Assembly: GCA_040766225.1 (NCBI GenBank)
Contig: JAXGQX010000002.1
Location: 90,243 to 154,242, forward strand
DNA length: 64,000 nucleotides
Direction of reading: 5' to 3'
Source: Bacillota bacterium
GTDB taxonomy: Bacteria > Bacillota > Sulfobacillia > Fermentithermobacillales > Fermentithermobacillaceae
Shown: positions 21,212-30,117 of the stretch, one piece after another
How the letters are laid out: each line of letters opens with the position of its first letter
Numbering within the stretch: position 1 is the first letter of the stretch
Made by a program: the position numbers and the translations under genes
Notes under the pieces: generated by a model
Seen by the model: the letters and a program-made list of their open reading frames with translations, nothing else
Databases searched by the model: none
What the model was told of the DNA's origin: nothing

Positions 21212-21243
21212 AGAGCCCGCGTCCTCTGAGGATGCGGGCTCTC
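21212..21243. terminator. Bidirectional terminator between convergent genes
   Basis: AGAGCCCGCGTCCTC-T-GAGGATGCGGGCTCT. Confidence 0.75.
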
Positions 21244-21269
21244 GGTCGCACTTGGCCTCAAGGGTCGTC

Positions 21270-22181
21270 TTAGCCTACGGCCCCCGTCACCGGGATCATG
21301 AGCACTTGCCCGGGCGAGAGAGCCGTCTCCTGGGTCAGCCCAGGGTTGAAAGACACCAGTTCCGCGGCTGTGAGTCCGAACCTCTCGGCGATGATGATTA
21401 TGGTATCGCCTTCGCGGACCACGTAGCGGCGTCCTCCATCCCTATGGTCCGGTCTGGGTCTAGGCATGGGTTCCTCACCGGGAACAGGAATTCTAATAAT
21501 GTCTCCTGGGAAGATCATGTCCGGGTTCCTTATCTGCGGGTTAGCGCGGATCAAAAGCTCCAGTGGGATGCCGTTCCGCTGGGCGATGAGAAACATGGTG
21601 TCGCCCGGCTGCACGACGTATTCGCGCCCTATGGGCCTGTGAGGCGGCCGGTGGTCTCTGTCGCGGTCCCTATCCCGGTCACGGTCCCTATCCCAGTCAT
21701 GGTCGTCATCCCGGTTCCAGTCACGATCGTGGTCGTGGTCCCTTCTGTCACCAGATGGCGAGACGATGATGACGATGCGGCATCTTTCGGCGATCCGTCG
21801 GAGCAACTCCAGCATACGTGCTTTGCGTCTGGATGCCCTGATCATGATCACCCTGGCCGGGCCCTCATCCATTAAGGGGTCCAGCCTCAAATACCCCTCC
21901 TCCAACACTTCGCTTTCACGGGTGTACAGCATGGGCAGCATGGTCTCGAGGTCATCGGGTATGGACACGGCGTTGTAGTCGCCGGGGATTTCTACGCCCA
22001 AAGCTGCCAGAAGCTCGGTTGTGTCATTCATCTGGGTCCGCTTAAGGTCGCAGAGCTCCGCAATAAGGTCTAGACAGTCAGTGTCTTTGCCGATCACGTG
22101 GAGTCGTTCATAGACGGGGACCAGCTCTCGCTCGCGTGACCAGGTGAACGCGCCTGCCTGGATCATGGCTTGGTCTGGCAT
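21270..22181 (-). CDS. SafA-like tandem-LysM protein with N-terminal helical domain and (DR)n linker
   Basis: YVVQPGDTMFLIAQRNGIPLELLIRANPQIRNPDMIFPGD and YVVREGDT..IAERFG LysM repeats; GGAGG RBS. Confidence 0.85.
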   Translation of the reverse strand: MPDQAMIQAGAFTWSRERELVPVYERLHVIGKDTDCLDLIAELCDLKRTQMNDTTELLAALGVEIPGDYNAVSIPDDLETMLPMLYTRESEVLEEGYLRLDPLMDEGPARVIMIRASRRKARMLELLRRIAERCRIVIIVSPSGDRRDHDHDRDWNRDDDHDWDRDRDRDRDRDRDHRPPHRPIGREYVVQPGDTMFLIAQRNGIPLELLIRANPQIRNPDMIFPGDIIRIPVPGEEPMPRPRPDHRDGGRRYVVREGDTIIIIAERFGLTAAELVSFNPGLTQETALSPGQVLMIPVTGAVG

Positions 22182-22223
22182 TTCACATACCTCCAACTAG
22201 GTCACAAGACTACCATCCCTTTC

Positions 22224-22252
22224 ACTCTATGAGGGGGAGTTGGTTTTGGTGA
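22224..22252 (-). promoter_or_regulatory. Candidate mother-cell sigmaK/sigmaE promoter for the LysM gene
   Basis: AC-N17-CATAGAGT matches the B. subtilis sigmaK pattern AC-N16-18-CATAnnnT. Confidence 0.45.
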
Positions 22253-22267
22253 CCGGGGAGGCCTCAA

Positions 22268-22297
22268 ACAGAACGCCCCGCGCCTAAGCGGGGCGAT
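22268..22297 (-). terminator. Terminator after the small ORF 22325-22618
   Basis: Minus strand CGCCCCGC-loop-GCGGGGCG followed by TTCTGTTT. Confidence 0.65.
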
Positions 22298-22324
22298 AGT
22301 CCTCGTCTTCCTGTCGGCATTGGT

Positions 22325-22618
22325 CTAGGGCTGTTCTGGCGGAACTCCCTCGGATGGAGGCGGATCGGCGCGCCTTGAGCGAGGCGCTGGCTCCGGCCAG
22401 GGCCACATCCCTTCGTCTTGCCAGATGTTCTCGGGTTCCCTCCAGTACCAGTCGTCTTCCGGGTCGTGAGGGTCTTTGTGGTTATCCAGGGATTCCGGTT
22501 CACGGGTTTCCTGGAAATACGGATCCGTCTGTTCCTCGTAGAAAGGTGTTTCAAGCGGGAAACCCTCCCGGGGCGTCCCCTTTGTCCCTCCTCGGCTCTT
22601 TGGCTTTTGGGAAGCCAT
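22325..22618 (-). CDS. Small acidic, Trp/Pro-rich hypothetical protein divergent from lexA
   Basis: Strong RBS GGAGGGAGGG before ATG and its own terminator. Confidence 0.65.
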   Translation of the reverse strand: MASQKPKSRGGTKGTPREGFPLETPFYEEQTDPYFQETREPESLDNHKDPHDPEDDWYWREPENIWQDEGMWPWPEPAPRSRRADPPPSEGVPPEQP

Positions 22619-22694
22619 GCTATCCCTCCCTCCAAAAGAGGATTCAGGTGTATGCTCTCACCCAAGCACGGCGCCTATGCGTCGAACCCAAGAG

Positions 22695-22744
22695 AGCAAA
22701 CTTGCGTTTGCTTTCACAGGCAGCACATGGTAAACTTCTGTTCG
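22695..22744. promoter_or_regulatory. Two SOS-box-like sites upstream of lexA
   Basis: AGCAAAC-TTGC-GTTTGCT (22695-22712) and AAAC-TTCT-GTTCG (22732-22744) vs Bacillota consensus GAAC-N4-GTTC. Confidence 0.6.
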
Positions 22745-22799
22745 ATAGGCGAATGCGCCCGAGACCGTTCTACATGTGATTTGGGGGAGGACACCGGAT

Positions 22800-23411
22800 A
22801 TGACGAAACTCACGGCACAGCAGGCTAAAGTGCTAGAGGCCATTAGGGGGAGCATCCGAGAAACAGGATACCCGCCTTCAGTGCGGGAACTGGGAGGGCT
22901 GTTGGGCCTGAAGTCAACCGCGACTGTGCACACCCACCTTAGGAACCTTGAACGAAAGGGCTTCCTAAAGAGAACGGCTCAGAAGTCCAGGGCGTTCAAC
23001 ATTACCGACGACTTTGCCGAGAAAAGCCCGGGTCCAGTCTTGATGGTCCCATTAGTCGGCATGGTGCGGGCTGGCACGCCGGTCCTAGCGGTTGAAAACA
23101 TTGAGGATATGGTGCCTTTTCCCCGGTCTTTCGTCAAGTCGGAAAACGTTTTCCTCCTCCGTGTCGAAGGCGACAGCATGATAGACGCCGGGATCTTCGA
23201 TGGTGACTTTGTGTTGGTGAGGCAGCAGGAATCCGCCCAAAACGGAGACATAGTGGTCGCCCTGTTGGGAGAAGAAGCCACCGTAAAGACATTCTACAGG
23301 GAAAAAGACGCGGTCCGTCTCCAGCCGGAGAACCCTCGTTTGGCGCCCATAATCTCAAGAGACGTTCGTGTCATCGGAAAGGTGGTCGGCCTGTACCGCA
23401 GCGTTAGGTAG
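22800..23411 (+). CDS. lexA: LexA repressor
   Basis: GYPPSVRE winged HTH, VRAG cleavage site, GDSM serine and ATVK lysine. Confidence 0.97.
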   Translation: MTKLTAQQAKVLEAIRGSIRETGYPPSVRELGGLLGLKSTATVHTHLRNLERKGFLKRTAQKSRAFNITDDFAEKSPGPVLMVPLVGMVRAGTPVLAVENIEDMVPFPRSFVKSENVFLLRVEGDSMIDAGIFDGDFVLVRQQESAQNGDIVVALLGEEATVKTFYREKDAVRLQPENPRLAPIISRDVRVIGKVVGLYRSVR

Positions 23412-23420
23412 TATCTCCCG

Positions 23421-24683
23421 TTACGCGCCGCTGTCCGACAGCGCCTTTCCGGCCGCAAGGCACGCGACGATGACGTGTTCTTTGGTGAGCCCGCCTTGCA
23501 GGTACGCCGTATAAGGCGGCACAAAGGGGGCATCGCACGAAAGCTCTATGGAGGAACCCTGGACGAAGGCTCCTGCCGCCATTATGACTTGCCTTCCGTA
23601 TCCGGGCATGTCCCACGGCTCGGGAACCGCGAAGGAGTCTACTGGAGATGCCGCTTGGATGGCCGAAACAAGCGCTCTCAAGGCTTCCGGAGTGCCTACC
23701 GTGATGGCCTGAACGATGTCGCTTCGTAAGTCAAACGGACCCGGAGTGACCGAGAACCCCAAGTCAAGGAAATACTTGGCCGCGAAAGACGCCCCCTTCA
23801 AGGCCTCGCCCACCACCTTTGGAGCTAGGAACAAGCCTTGGAAGAATTCCCTGTAACCGTGAGGGTTGCTGCCAACTTCCGTACCTATGCCCGGGGCGAA
23901 CAACTCTTCAGCCGCCTTCTCCACCGCTCCTCTCTCCCCCACGAGATATCCTCCTGTGGGAGCCAGCCCTCCGCCAGGATTCTTTATGAGGGAACCCGCA
24001 GTCAAGGTCGCGCCGAATTGGGGAGGTTCCGAGGTCTCCACGAACTCGCAATAGCAGTTGTCCACCATCGTCAAGACCGTGGGCCACTTGCGCTTCATGA
24101 GGTCCATGAAGTCCCTAATGCACGCGATGGAAATGGGTTGTCTCAGAGAATAGCCGCGAGAGCGCTGTAGCATCGCTACACGAGTCTTGGGGTCGATGAC
24201 GGCATCCAAGGCCTGTTCCAACTCCAAAAGGCCCAAGGCGCCCTCCTGGTAGCGTGCTAGGGCATCTGTTTCCCGGTACGCTACCCCCCGTTCTCTCGTC
24301 AAGTGCTCGAGCACGGGCCCAAGAGTGTCGTAAGGAGTGCCGGTAACGCTGACCAAAGAGTCGCCGGTACGTAAGAGCGACTTCAAGGCGGTGGAAAGCA
24401 CGTGGGTCCCGGATGCCCAATGTGTTCTCACCAGGGCGGACTCGCCCCCGAAGGCCCTGGCGAAGACCCGGTCAAGGGCTTCACGGCCCATATCCCCGTA
24501 GCCGTAGCCCGTGGAACCCGACAAGTGTGAAAGGCCGATTCTCTCCGATACGAACGCGTCCAAGACCTTGGTCTGGTTAAGGGCGACATCCTTGTCGATC
24601 TTGTCCCAGACCGGCCTAAGGGCCTGCCTGTATGAGGCAACTAACCGGGAATTCTCCTCGTAGAGCTGCTTCATGCCGGTCAT
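23421..24683 (-). CDS. ynbB: YnbB-like methionine gamma-lyase / aluminium-resistance family PLP protein
   Basis: STGYGYGDMGRE, SGTH, DNCYCEF, GSLIKNPGGG, FVQGSSIELSCD. Confidence 0.9.
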   Translation of the reverse strand: MTGMKQLYEENSRLVASYRQALRPVWDKIDKDVALNQTKVLDAFVSERIGLSHLSGSTGYGYGDMGREALDRVFARAFGGESALVRTHWASGTHVLSTALKSLLRTGDSLVSVTGTPYDTLGPVLEHLTRERGVAYRETDALARYQEGALGLLELEQALDAVIDPKTRVAMLQRSRGYSLRQPISIACIRDFMDLMKRKWPTVLTMVDNCYCEFVETSEPPQFGATLTAGSLIKNPGGGLAPTGGYLVGERGAVEKAAEELFAPGIGTEVGSNPHGYREFFQGLFLAPKVVGEALKGASFAAKYFLDLGFSVTPGPFDLRSDIVQAITVGTPEALRALVSAIQAASPVDSFAVPEPWDMPGYGRQVIMAAGAFVQGSSIELSCDAPFVPPYTAYLQGGLTKEHVIVACLAAGKALSDSGA

Positions 24684-25978
24684 CGCCCATCCACTCCAAG
24701 CTTCTTTGCCAAGCGTTCCGCGTCGGCGGGAAGGAGCGCGCAAGTGACGGTTACTCCGTCCTCCTGCTGTCGTTCTTCAAGGACGGCGCCCAGCCTCTTT
24801 ATCTCAAAGACCACATCGTAGGCGGCATACGGGATGAACCAAGTCACATTCCGGCGCGACTCGGCGAGCATCTTTACCACGGTGTCCGTGAGGTCCCTGA
24901 GCCCTGTCCTATGCAACGCGGATATCCCCACAGAGGGCCCTTTCTCCCGGAGAATCCCGACCGCGAGGTCGTCTTCGACCAAGTCGATCTTGTTGAAGCA
25001 GTTTACCCTGGGCCTGTCCGATACGCCAAGGTCGGATAGCACGCCCTCGACGGTCGCCATCTGCTGTTCCCAGACGGGAGACGACGTGTCGATCACGTGA
25101 ATAATCACCTCGGCGTCCACCGACTCCTCCAACGTGGAGCGGAAGGCGGCCACAAGCTCGTGGGGGAGGCCCTGGATGAACCCAACGGTGTCGGCCAATA
25201 GCATCATCTGCCCGGAGGGCAGCTCCCATTTGCGCACCCACGGGTCCAAGGTGGCGAAAAGCCTATCATCTTGATAGCTTTCTTCCTGGGTCAGGGCATT
25301 GAAGAGAGTGGACTTGCCGGCGTTGGTGTATCCCACCAGGGATATTAGTGGGATGCCCGACTGCTTTCTCTTTTTTCGCTGTTCCGCCCTGATTTGTTCT
25401 AGCCTTCTCAGTTCTCGGTTCAACTTCGCGACTTTGTCCCGTAACAGCCTGCGGTCCATCTCGATTTTCTGTTCCCCCGGCCCTCTGGTGCCTATGCCGC
25501 CGCCTTGGCCGGACATTTCGGCGCCGTGACCGGTCAACCGGGACAGACGGTGACTGGTGGCCGCAAGTTGGACTTGGAGTTTCCCTTCCCGTGTCATGGC
25601 CCGGGATGCGAAAATGCGCAAGATTAGTTCGGCTCGGTCTATGGCCGGAACACCGGTGATGTCCTCCAGGTTTCGAGCTTGCGCAGGACTCAAGGCGCCG
25701 TCAACTACCACAAAAGACGCTTCTTCCGCCGAAACCATGTCTGCCAGTTCGCGGGCCTTACCCTTACCTACGTATGTCTCCGTGTCAGGCGCGTCCCGTT
25801 CCTGGAGCATCATCCCGCCAACCTCCCAGCCCAGAGTGCGGGCAAGCTGAGAGAGCTCGCCCATGGATTCTTCGGCTGAAAGGGACAACCGGCGCTTGTC
25901 CTGCCGGCTCCTATCGTCTTTTATTCCTGCGAGTATCACAGTCAAAGGCCTGGACCGGTCGCTTGATTCGTTAGGCAT
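24680..25978 (-). CDS. hflX: GTPase HflX
   Basis: GIGTRGPGE, GYTNAGKST, LFATLD, DTVGF, NKID. Confidence 0.97.
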   Translation of the reverse strand: MPNESSDRSRPLTVILAGIKDDRSRQDKRRLSLSAEESMGELSQLARTLGWEVGGMMLQERDAPDTETYVGKGKARELADMVSAEEASFVVVDGALSPAQARNLEDITGVPAIDRAELILRIFASRAMTREGKLQVQLAATSHRLSRLTGHGAEMSGQGGGIGTRGPGEQKIEMDRRLLRDKVAKLNRELRRLEQIRAEQRKKRKQSGIPLISLVGYTNAGKSTLFNALTQEESYQDDRLFATLDPWVRKWELPSGQMMLLADTVGFIQGLPHELVAAFRSTLEESVDAEVIIHVIDTSSPVWEQQMATVEGVLSDLGVSDRPRVNCFNKIDLVEDDLAVGILREKGPSVGISALHRTGLRDLTDTVVKMLAESRRNVTWFIPYAAYDVVFEIKRLGAVLEERQQEDGVTVTCALLPADAERLAKKLGVDGR

Positions 25979-26013
25979 TTTACCTCCATGTGAGGGGTAC
26001 TCACCGGTTTCGA

Positions 26014-26924
26014 TTATACAACATCGGTTGACGCCTCCATAAGCTCCTCGGGCCCTATCAAGACCAGGTCTTGTCTTGTGAAAGACCTGTCTCTGATTAA
26101 CCTCACCGCCTGCCGCCGCATGGCTTTCTCGATGATGTTTCTCACCATGCGGGCGTTGGACGGGACCACCTCTTCTGACATCTTCGCCGCCACGATCTGC
26201 TGCAGGGCATTTCGGGATTCCGCCGACAACCGGTAGTCCCTCTTCTTCAGCATGAGTTCGGCGATGCGCATCAAATCCGTGAGGTTATAGTCGGGAACTC
26301 GAGGTGGATGGGAAAACGGGACCTGAGTCCGGGGTTAGACCGGAGAAACTGCTCCATTTCCCAAGGGTAACCGGCCAAAATGAAGACGGTCTCTTTCGCC
26401 CTGTCTTCCATGCTCTTTACGATGCAGTCGATGCACTCTTTTCCGAAGTCCTTTTCCCCTCCCCGCGAGAGCGAATAGAGCTTCGTCGATGAATAAGATC
26501 CCTCCTGGGCTTTCTTGACCTGCTCCTTAGTTTTTAGCGCCGTATGTCCGATGTACTCCCCACCAGGTCTGCCCTTTCCACCTCGACGACGTGCCCTTTC
26601 TCCAGGAGTCCGGCTTCGAAGAGCAGCTTTCGATGATCCGGGCGATGGTAGTCTTACCGGTACCCGGATTGCCCCTAAGATCATGTGCAAGACGGTCTTT
26701 TCGGTTGAAAGCCCGAGCCTCTCCCTGCGCTTTTGGACTTCGGCGAAAGCGTAAACCTCGAATATGAGTTCCTTTACCTTGTTCAGGCCAATCAGTGAAT
26801 TTAGCTCTTCTAAGGCGCTCTCTTTGCCTTGAGATATGCCGGGGACTTGGCTGAAATCCACCGGATTCTCCCTGGCTATGACACGTAGAGCAGGACCTTT
26901 CCCGCGATGGTTGTGTTGGATCAC
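26014..26924 (-). CDS. spoVK: Stage V sporulation protein K-like AAA ATPase (apparent frameshifts)
   Basis: LNSLIGLNKVKE, GNPGTGKTT, GEYIGHTA, YSLSRGGEKDFGKE, SNPGLRSRFP, SNARMVRN across frames. Confidence 0.9.
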
Positions 26925-27006
26925 TGTGAGAGAAGCCTCCCCCTAGGCGGTGAAATGAGAGCCTGATATCATACGCGAAAGATAGGGGAAGTGGCAGTCC
27001 GGCACT

Positions 27007-27038
27007 AAAAGAGGCCGCCTCCCAAAGGGGCGGCCCGA
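27007..27038 (-). terminator. Terminator downstream of the YHS gene
   Basis: Minus strand GGCCGCC..GGCGGCC followed by TCTTTT. Confidence 0.7.
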
Positions 27039-27061
27039 TTGGCGTAAGTACTGTGGCTTGG

Positions 27062-27373
27062 CTATGACCTGCGATTCCTGTCCCTGTTGTCGTTCCTGTT
27101 ATCGTTCCTGTTGTCGTCTCTGCGGTTGTCGAACCTAGCTTCGTTTCTGTTGTCCTGACGGTTGTCTTGACGGTCCTGTTGACGATCCCTCTGACGATTA
27201 TCCTGTCGGTTGTCGGACCGGTTAGCGTACCTGTCAGGATTCCTGTCAAACTCCTCTTTGCACCCGTTGGAGCAGAACCGGAAACTCTGTCCCCTAATCT
27301 CGGACCTCAGGTTTTGATCCGAATCGTCCCGAACGTTCATTCCGCATACTGGGTCTCTAGGCGTGGTAATCAC
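27062..27373 (-). CDS. YHS-domain protein with D/N/R/Q repeat tail
   Basis: RDPVCGM..FRFCSNGCKEEF YHS signature, then ~50 aa of DNRQ-like repeats. Confidence 0.85.
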   Translation of the reverse strand: MITTPRDPVCGMNVRDDSDQNLRSEIRGQSFRFCSNGCKEEFDRNPDRYANRSDNRQDNRQRDRQQDRQDNRQDNRNEARFDNRRDDNRNDNRNDNRDRNRRS

Positions 27374-27385
27374 CTCCCGCCGGAA

Positions 27386-27414
27386 AGTCTTCCCGCCTTG
27401 GGATTCTTACATAC
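27386..27414 (-). promoter_or_regulatory. Candidate forespore sigmaF promoter for the YHS gene
   Basis: GTATG-N15-GGGAAGACT vs B. subtilis sigmaF GYATA-N15-GGnnAnAHT. Confidence 0.5.
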
Positions 27415-27480
27415 CCAGACAACTCGGATGGCAGGTGGACATGATAATATGAGCCTGTCTTCTGATGGGAGGGTCACGAT

Positions 27481-29748
27481 ATGGCAAAGAACGCTACCAA
27501 GAAAGTCCTAAAGATAGGCGGCATGTCGTGCGCGTCCTGTTCCGCCGCGGTGGAAAAAGCCCTAAAGGACGTTCCCGGAGTCGGGGACGCGGTCGTGAAC
27601 TTCGCGACAGAGAAAGCCGTCGTGACTTACGACCCGTCCAAGGTCTCGGACGAGACGTTGGAACAAGCCGTCTACGACTCGGGTTACGACTACTTGGGGA
27701 CTTACGACGAGGGATCCGACGAAGGAGACGACCTTCAGGAAAAGCTCCTTAAGAGCAGAAACCGCATGATATGGGCATGGGCCTTGACCTTACCGGTCAT
27801 GGCCGTCATGGTCCCCTCAATGTTGTTTGGAGCCCAAGTTTTTTCCGAGACGGTAATGAACGCGTTGATGCTGGCCGGTTCCATTCCGGTCGTGTTCGTC
27901 ATAGGGCTCCCGACCCTACGGGCTGCGTGGTCTTCTATACGTCACCTGTCCCCCAATATGGACGTGTTGATCAGCCTCGGGATGCTTGCGGCCCTGTCCA
28001 CAGGGATCCTCGTCTTCTACTTGCCGGTGGGCAACTACTCGGCGGTATCGGCCATGATCCTCGCGTTCCATCTCACGGGACGCTATATTGAGGCTCAGGC
28101 GCGAGGAAAAGCATCGTCCGCCATAAGAAAGCTCATGGATTTGGAGCCGGAAGACGCGGTTCTCCTGGTAAACGGCGTGGAGACCAAAGTGCCGCTATCC
28201 TCAGTAAAGGTCGGAGACTTGATGTTGGTCCGTCCGGGACAGAGGATTCCCACTGACGGGAAAGTGGTCTTGGGCGAGAGCTCTGTAGATGAGTCAATGG
28301 CGACCGGCGAGTCCATGCCCGTCCATAAGGCCCAGGGGAGCGAGGTCATCGGCGCGTCCATCAACCTTGACGGGGTCTTGCGGGTAGAAGCCACTAGAGT
28401 CGGCCGGGACACCTTCCTATCGCAAGTAGTCAAACTGGTCGAGGAGGCTCAGGGTACAAAGGTCCCAATCCAGGCCTTCGCTGATAAGGTCACCCGGGTC
28501 TTTGTGCCTATCGTATTGGTTTTGGCAGGAGTCACTTTCGCGGCGTGGATCCTAAGTCCCCCGTTCCTGGTGGACCTTCTAGTGCGGGCGGAAGCGCTTC
28601 TGCCCTGGGTCAACCCCGCAGCTACCCCACTTACCTTGGCCATACTGGCCGCCGTGTCAGTCTTGGTCATAGCTTGCCCGTGCGCCCTCGGTTTGGCGAC
28701 TCCAACGGCTCTGGTCGTGTCCAGCGGTATGGGCGCCGAGCGGGGCATACTCATCCGGAGCGGCGAGGCGATACAGACGCTCAGGGACGTGAAGGCTGTG
28801 GTCTTCGACAAGACAGGCACCCTAACTTACGGAAGGCCTGAAGTCACCGATGTCTTGAGATTGGGGGCGCTGACGGAGGAAGAGGCCCTGGAACTCACCG
28901 CCTTGGCAGAGCAAGGTTCCGAACACCCTCTGGCGCAAAGGCTGTACGATTACGCGGTATCTCGACTGGGCAGGTCGGACGGGCAAGTCGCCGAGTTCCG
29001 ATCTACCCCGGGGAAGGGCGTGGAGGCAACCGTCCTTGGCGGCCGGCGAGTAGTCGTGGGCCGGCCCGGGTTCCTTCAAGAGAAGGGCATTTCCGGGGAA
29101 TCGGTTCAAGAGGCGACCGAGAAGATACGAGACCTTGCCATGGAAGGCAAGACGGTCATACTGTCAGCCATCGACGGTCAAGTCGCCCTAGCTGTGGCGT
29201 TTCTCGATACCGTGAAGCCCGAGGCTACGAGAGTGGTCACAGCCCTTAGGGAGCTCGGCATAGAACCGGTCATGCTGACGGGCGACAATTCACGGACCGC
29301 CAAGTCCATCGCGGAGGCTGCCGGGATCACCCGATACGTAGCGGAACTCCTCCCCGAAGACAAAGTGACCGCCATACGCGGACTGCAAGACGAGTATGGG
29401 ACGGTCGCTATGGTAGGAGACGGTATCAACGACGCGCCGTCCTTGGTGCAAGCCAACGTCGGCATCGCCATCGGGACCGGCACAGATATAGCCATAGAAT
29501 CCTCGGACGTGACCATTGTGCGGGGAGAGCTGTCATCCATAGTGGAGGCCGTGCGACTGTCCAGGGCAACATTTCGGAAAATCAAGCAGAACCTCTTCTG
29601 GGCCTTGTTCTATAACGTGGTCGCGATACCGCTGGCCGTTCTCGGTCTACTCCATCCGGTGGTCGCCGAGTCCGCCATGGCGCTCAGTTCGGTTACGGTT
29701 GTAACCAACGCCAACTTGCTCAGGCGGGAGAAGATCAGGTTCGAATAG
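27481..29748 (+). CDS. copA: Cu(I)-type P1B heavy-metal-translocating ATPase
   Basis: GMSCASC HMA domain, TGES, CPC, DKTGT, SEHP, GDGINDAP, YN..M.LSS. Confidence 0.92.
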   Translation: MAKNATKKVLKIGGMSCASCSAAVEKALKDVPGVGDAVVNFATEKAVVTYDPSKVSDETLEQAVYDSGYDYLGTYDEGSDEGDDLQEKLLKSRNRMIWAWALTLPVMAVMVPSMLFGAQVFSETVMNALMLAGSIPVVFVIGLPTLRAAWSSIRHLSPNMDVLISLGMLAALSTGILVFYLPVGNYSAVSAMILAFHLTGRYIEAQARGKASSAIRKLMDLEPEDAVLLVNGVETKVPLSSVKVGDLMLVRPGQRIPTDGKVVLGESSVDESMATGESMPVHKAQGSEVIGASINLDGVLRVEATRVGRDTFLSQVVKLVEEAQGTKVPIQAFADKVTRVFVPIVLVLAGVTFAAWILSPPFLVDLLVRAEALLPWVNPAATPLTLAILAAVSVLVIACPCALGLATPTALVVSSGMGAERGILIRSGEAIQTLRDVKAVVFDKTGTLTYGRPEVTDVLRLGALTEEEALELTALAEQGSEHPLAQRLYDYAVSRLGRSDGQVAEFRSTPGKGVEATVLGGRRVVVGRPGFLQEKGISGESVQEATEKIRDLAMEGKTVILSAIDGQVALAVAFLDTVKPEATRVVTALRELGIEPVMLTGDNSRTAKSIAEAAGITRYVAELLPEDKVTAIRGLQDEYGTVAMVGDGINDAPSLVQANVGIAIGTGTDIAIESSDVTIVRGELSSIVEAVRLSRATFRKIKQNLFWALFYNVVAIPLAVLGLLHPVVAESAMALSSVTVVTNANLLRREKIRFE

Positions 29749-29796
29749 ACCGGTTTGCCAGGCTATCGGCGAGGCTATCAGTCGGAGTGCCCCGTC

Positions 29797-30063
29797 TTAC
29801 GTCTCGTTGGCATCGGGAGTCCTAGACTTGTCCTCCCCAAGCGACGTGTTAACGGGACGCGACGGGGTTATTGTGGAGATGGCGTGCTTGTATATGAGCA
29901 TCTGCTTGCCTTCGCTGTCCAAGACCACAGTGAAGTTGTCGAAACCTCTCACTGTGCCTTTCAACTGAAAACCATTTATCAGGTATACGGTAGTTTGTAT
30001 GTTGTCCTTCCGCATCTGGTTCAAAAGATTATCCTGCAAGTTGGTGGCAGTCTTGGTTGTCAC
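29797..30063 (-). CDS. hfq: RNA chaperone Hfq
   Basis: [34 protein letters not shown]. Confidence 0.97.
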   Translation of the reverse strand: MTTKTATNLQDNLLNQMRKDNIQTTVYLINGFQLKGTVRGFDNFTVVLDSEGKQMLIYKHAISTITPSRPVNTSLGEDKSRTPDANET

Positions 30064-30117
30064 AGGATTTCCCTCCGCTTCTCTATTTCGAAACAACGTT
30101 CTTGGTTTCTGCCAGAT

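Noticed and set aside
26527-27511. ORFs 26527-27249 (-) and 27167-27511 (+) rich in T/G/I/V
   Set aside because: Alternative-frame shadows of the repeat-rich YHS gene, which has the recognisable domain, promoter and terminator.
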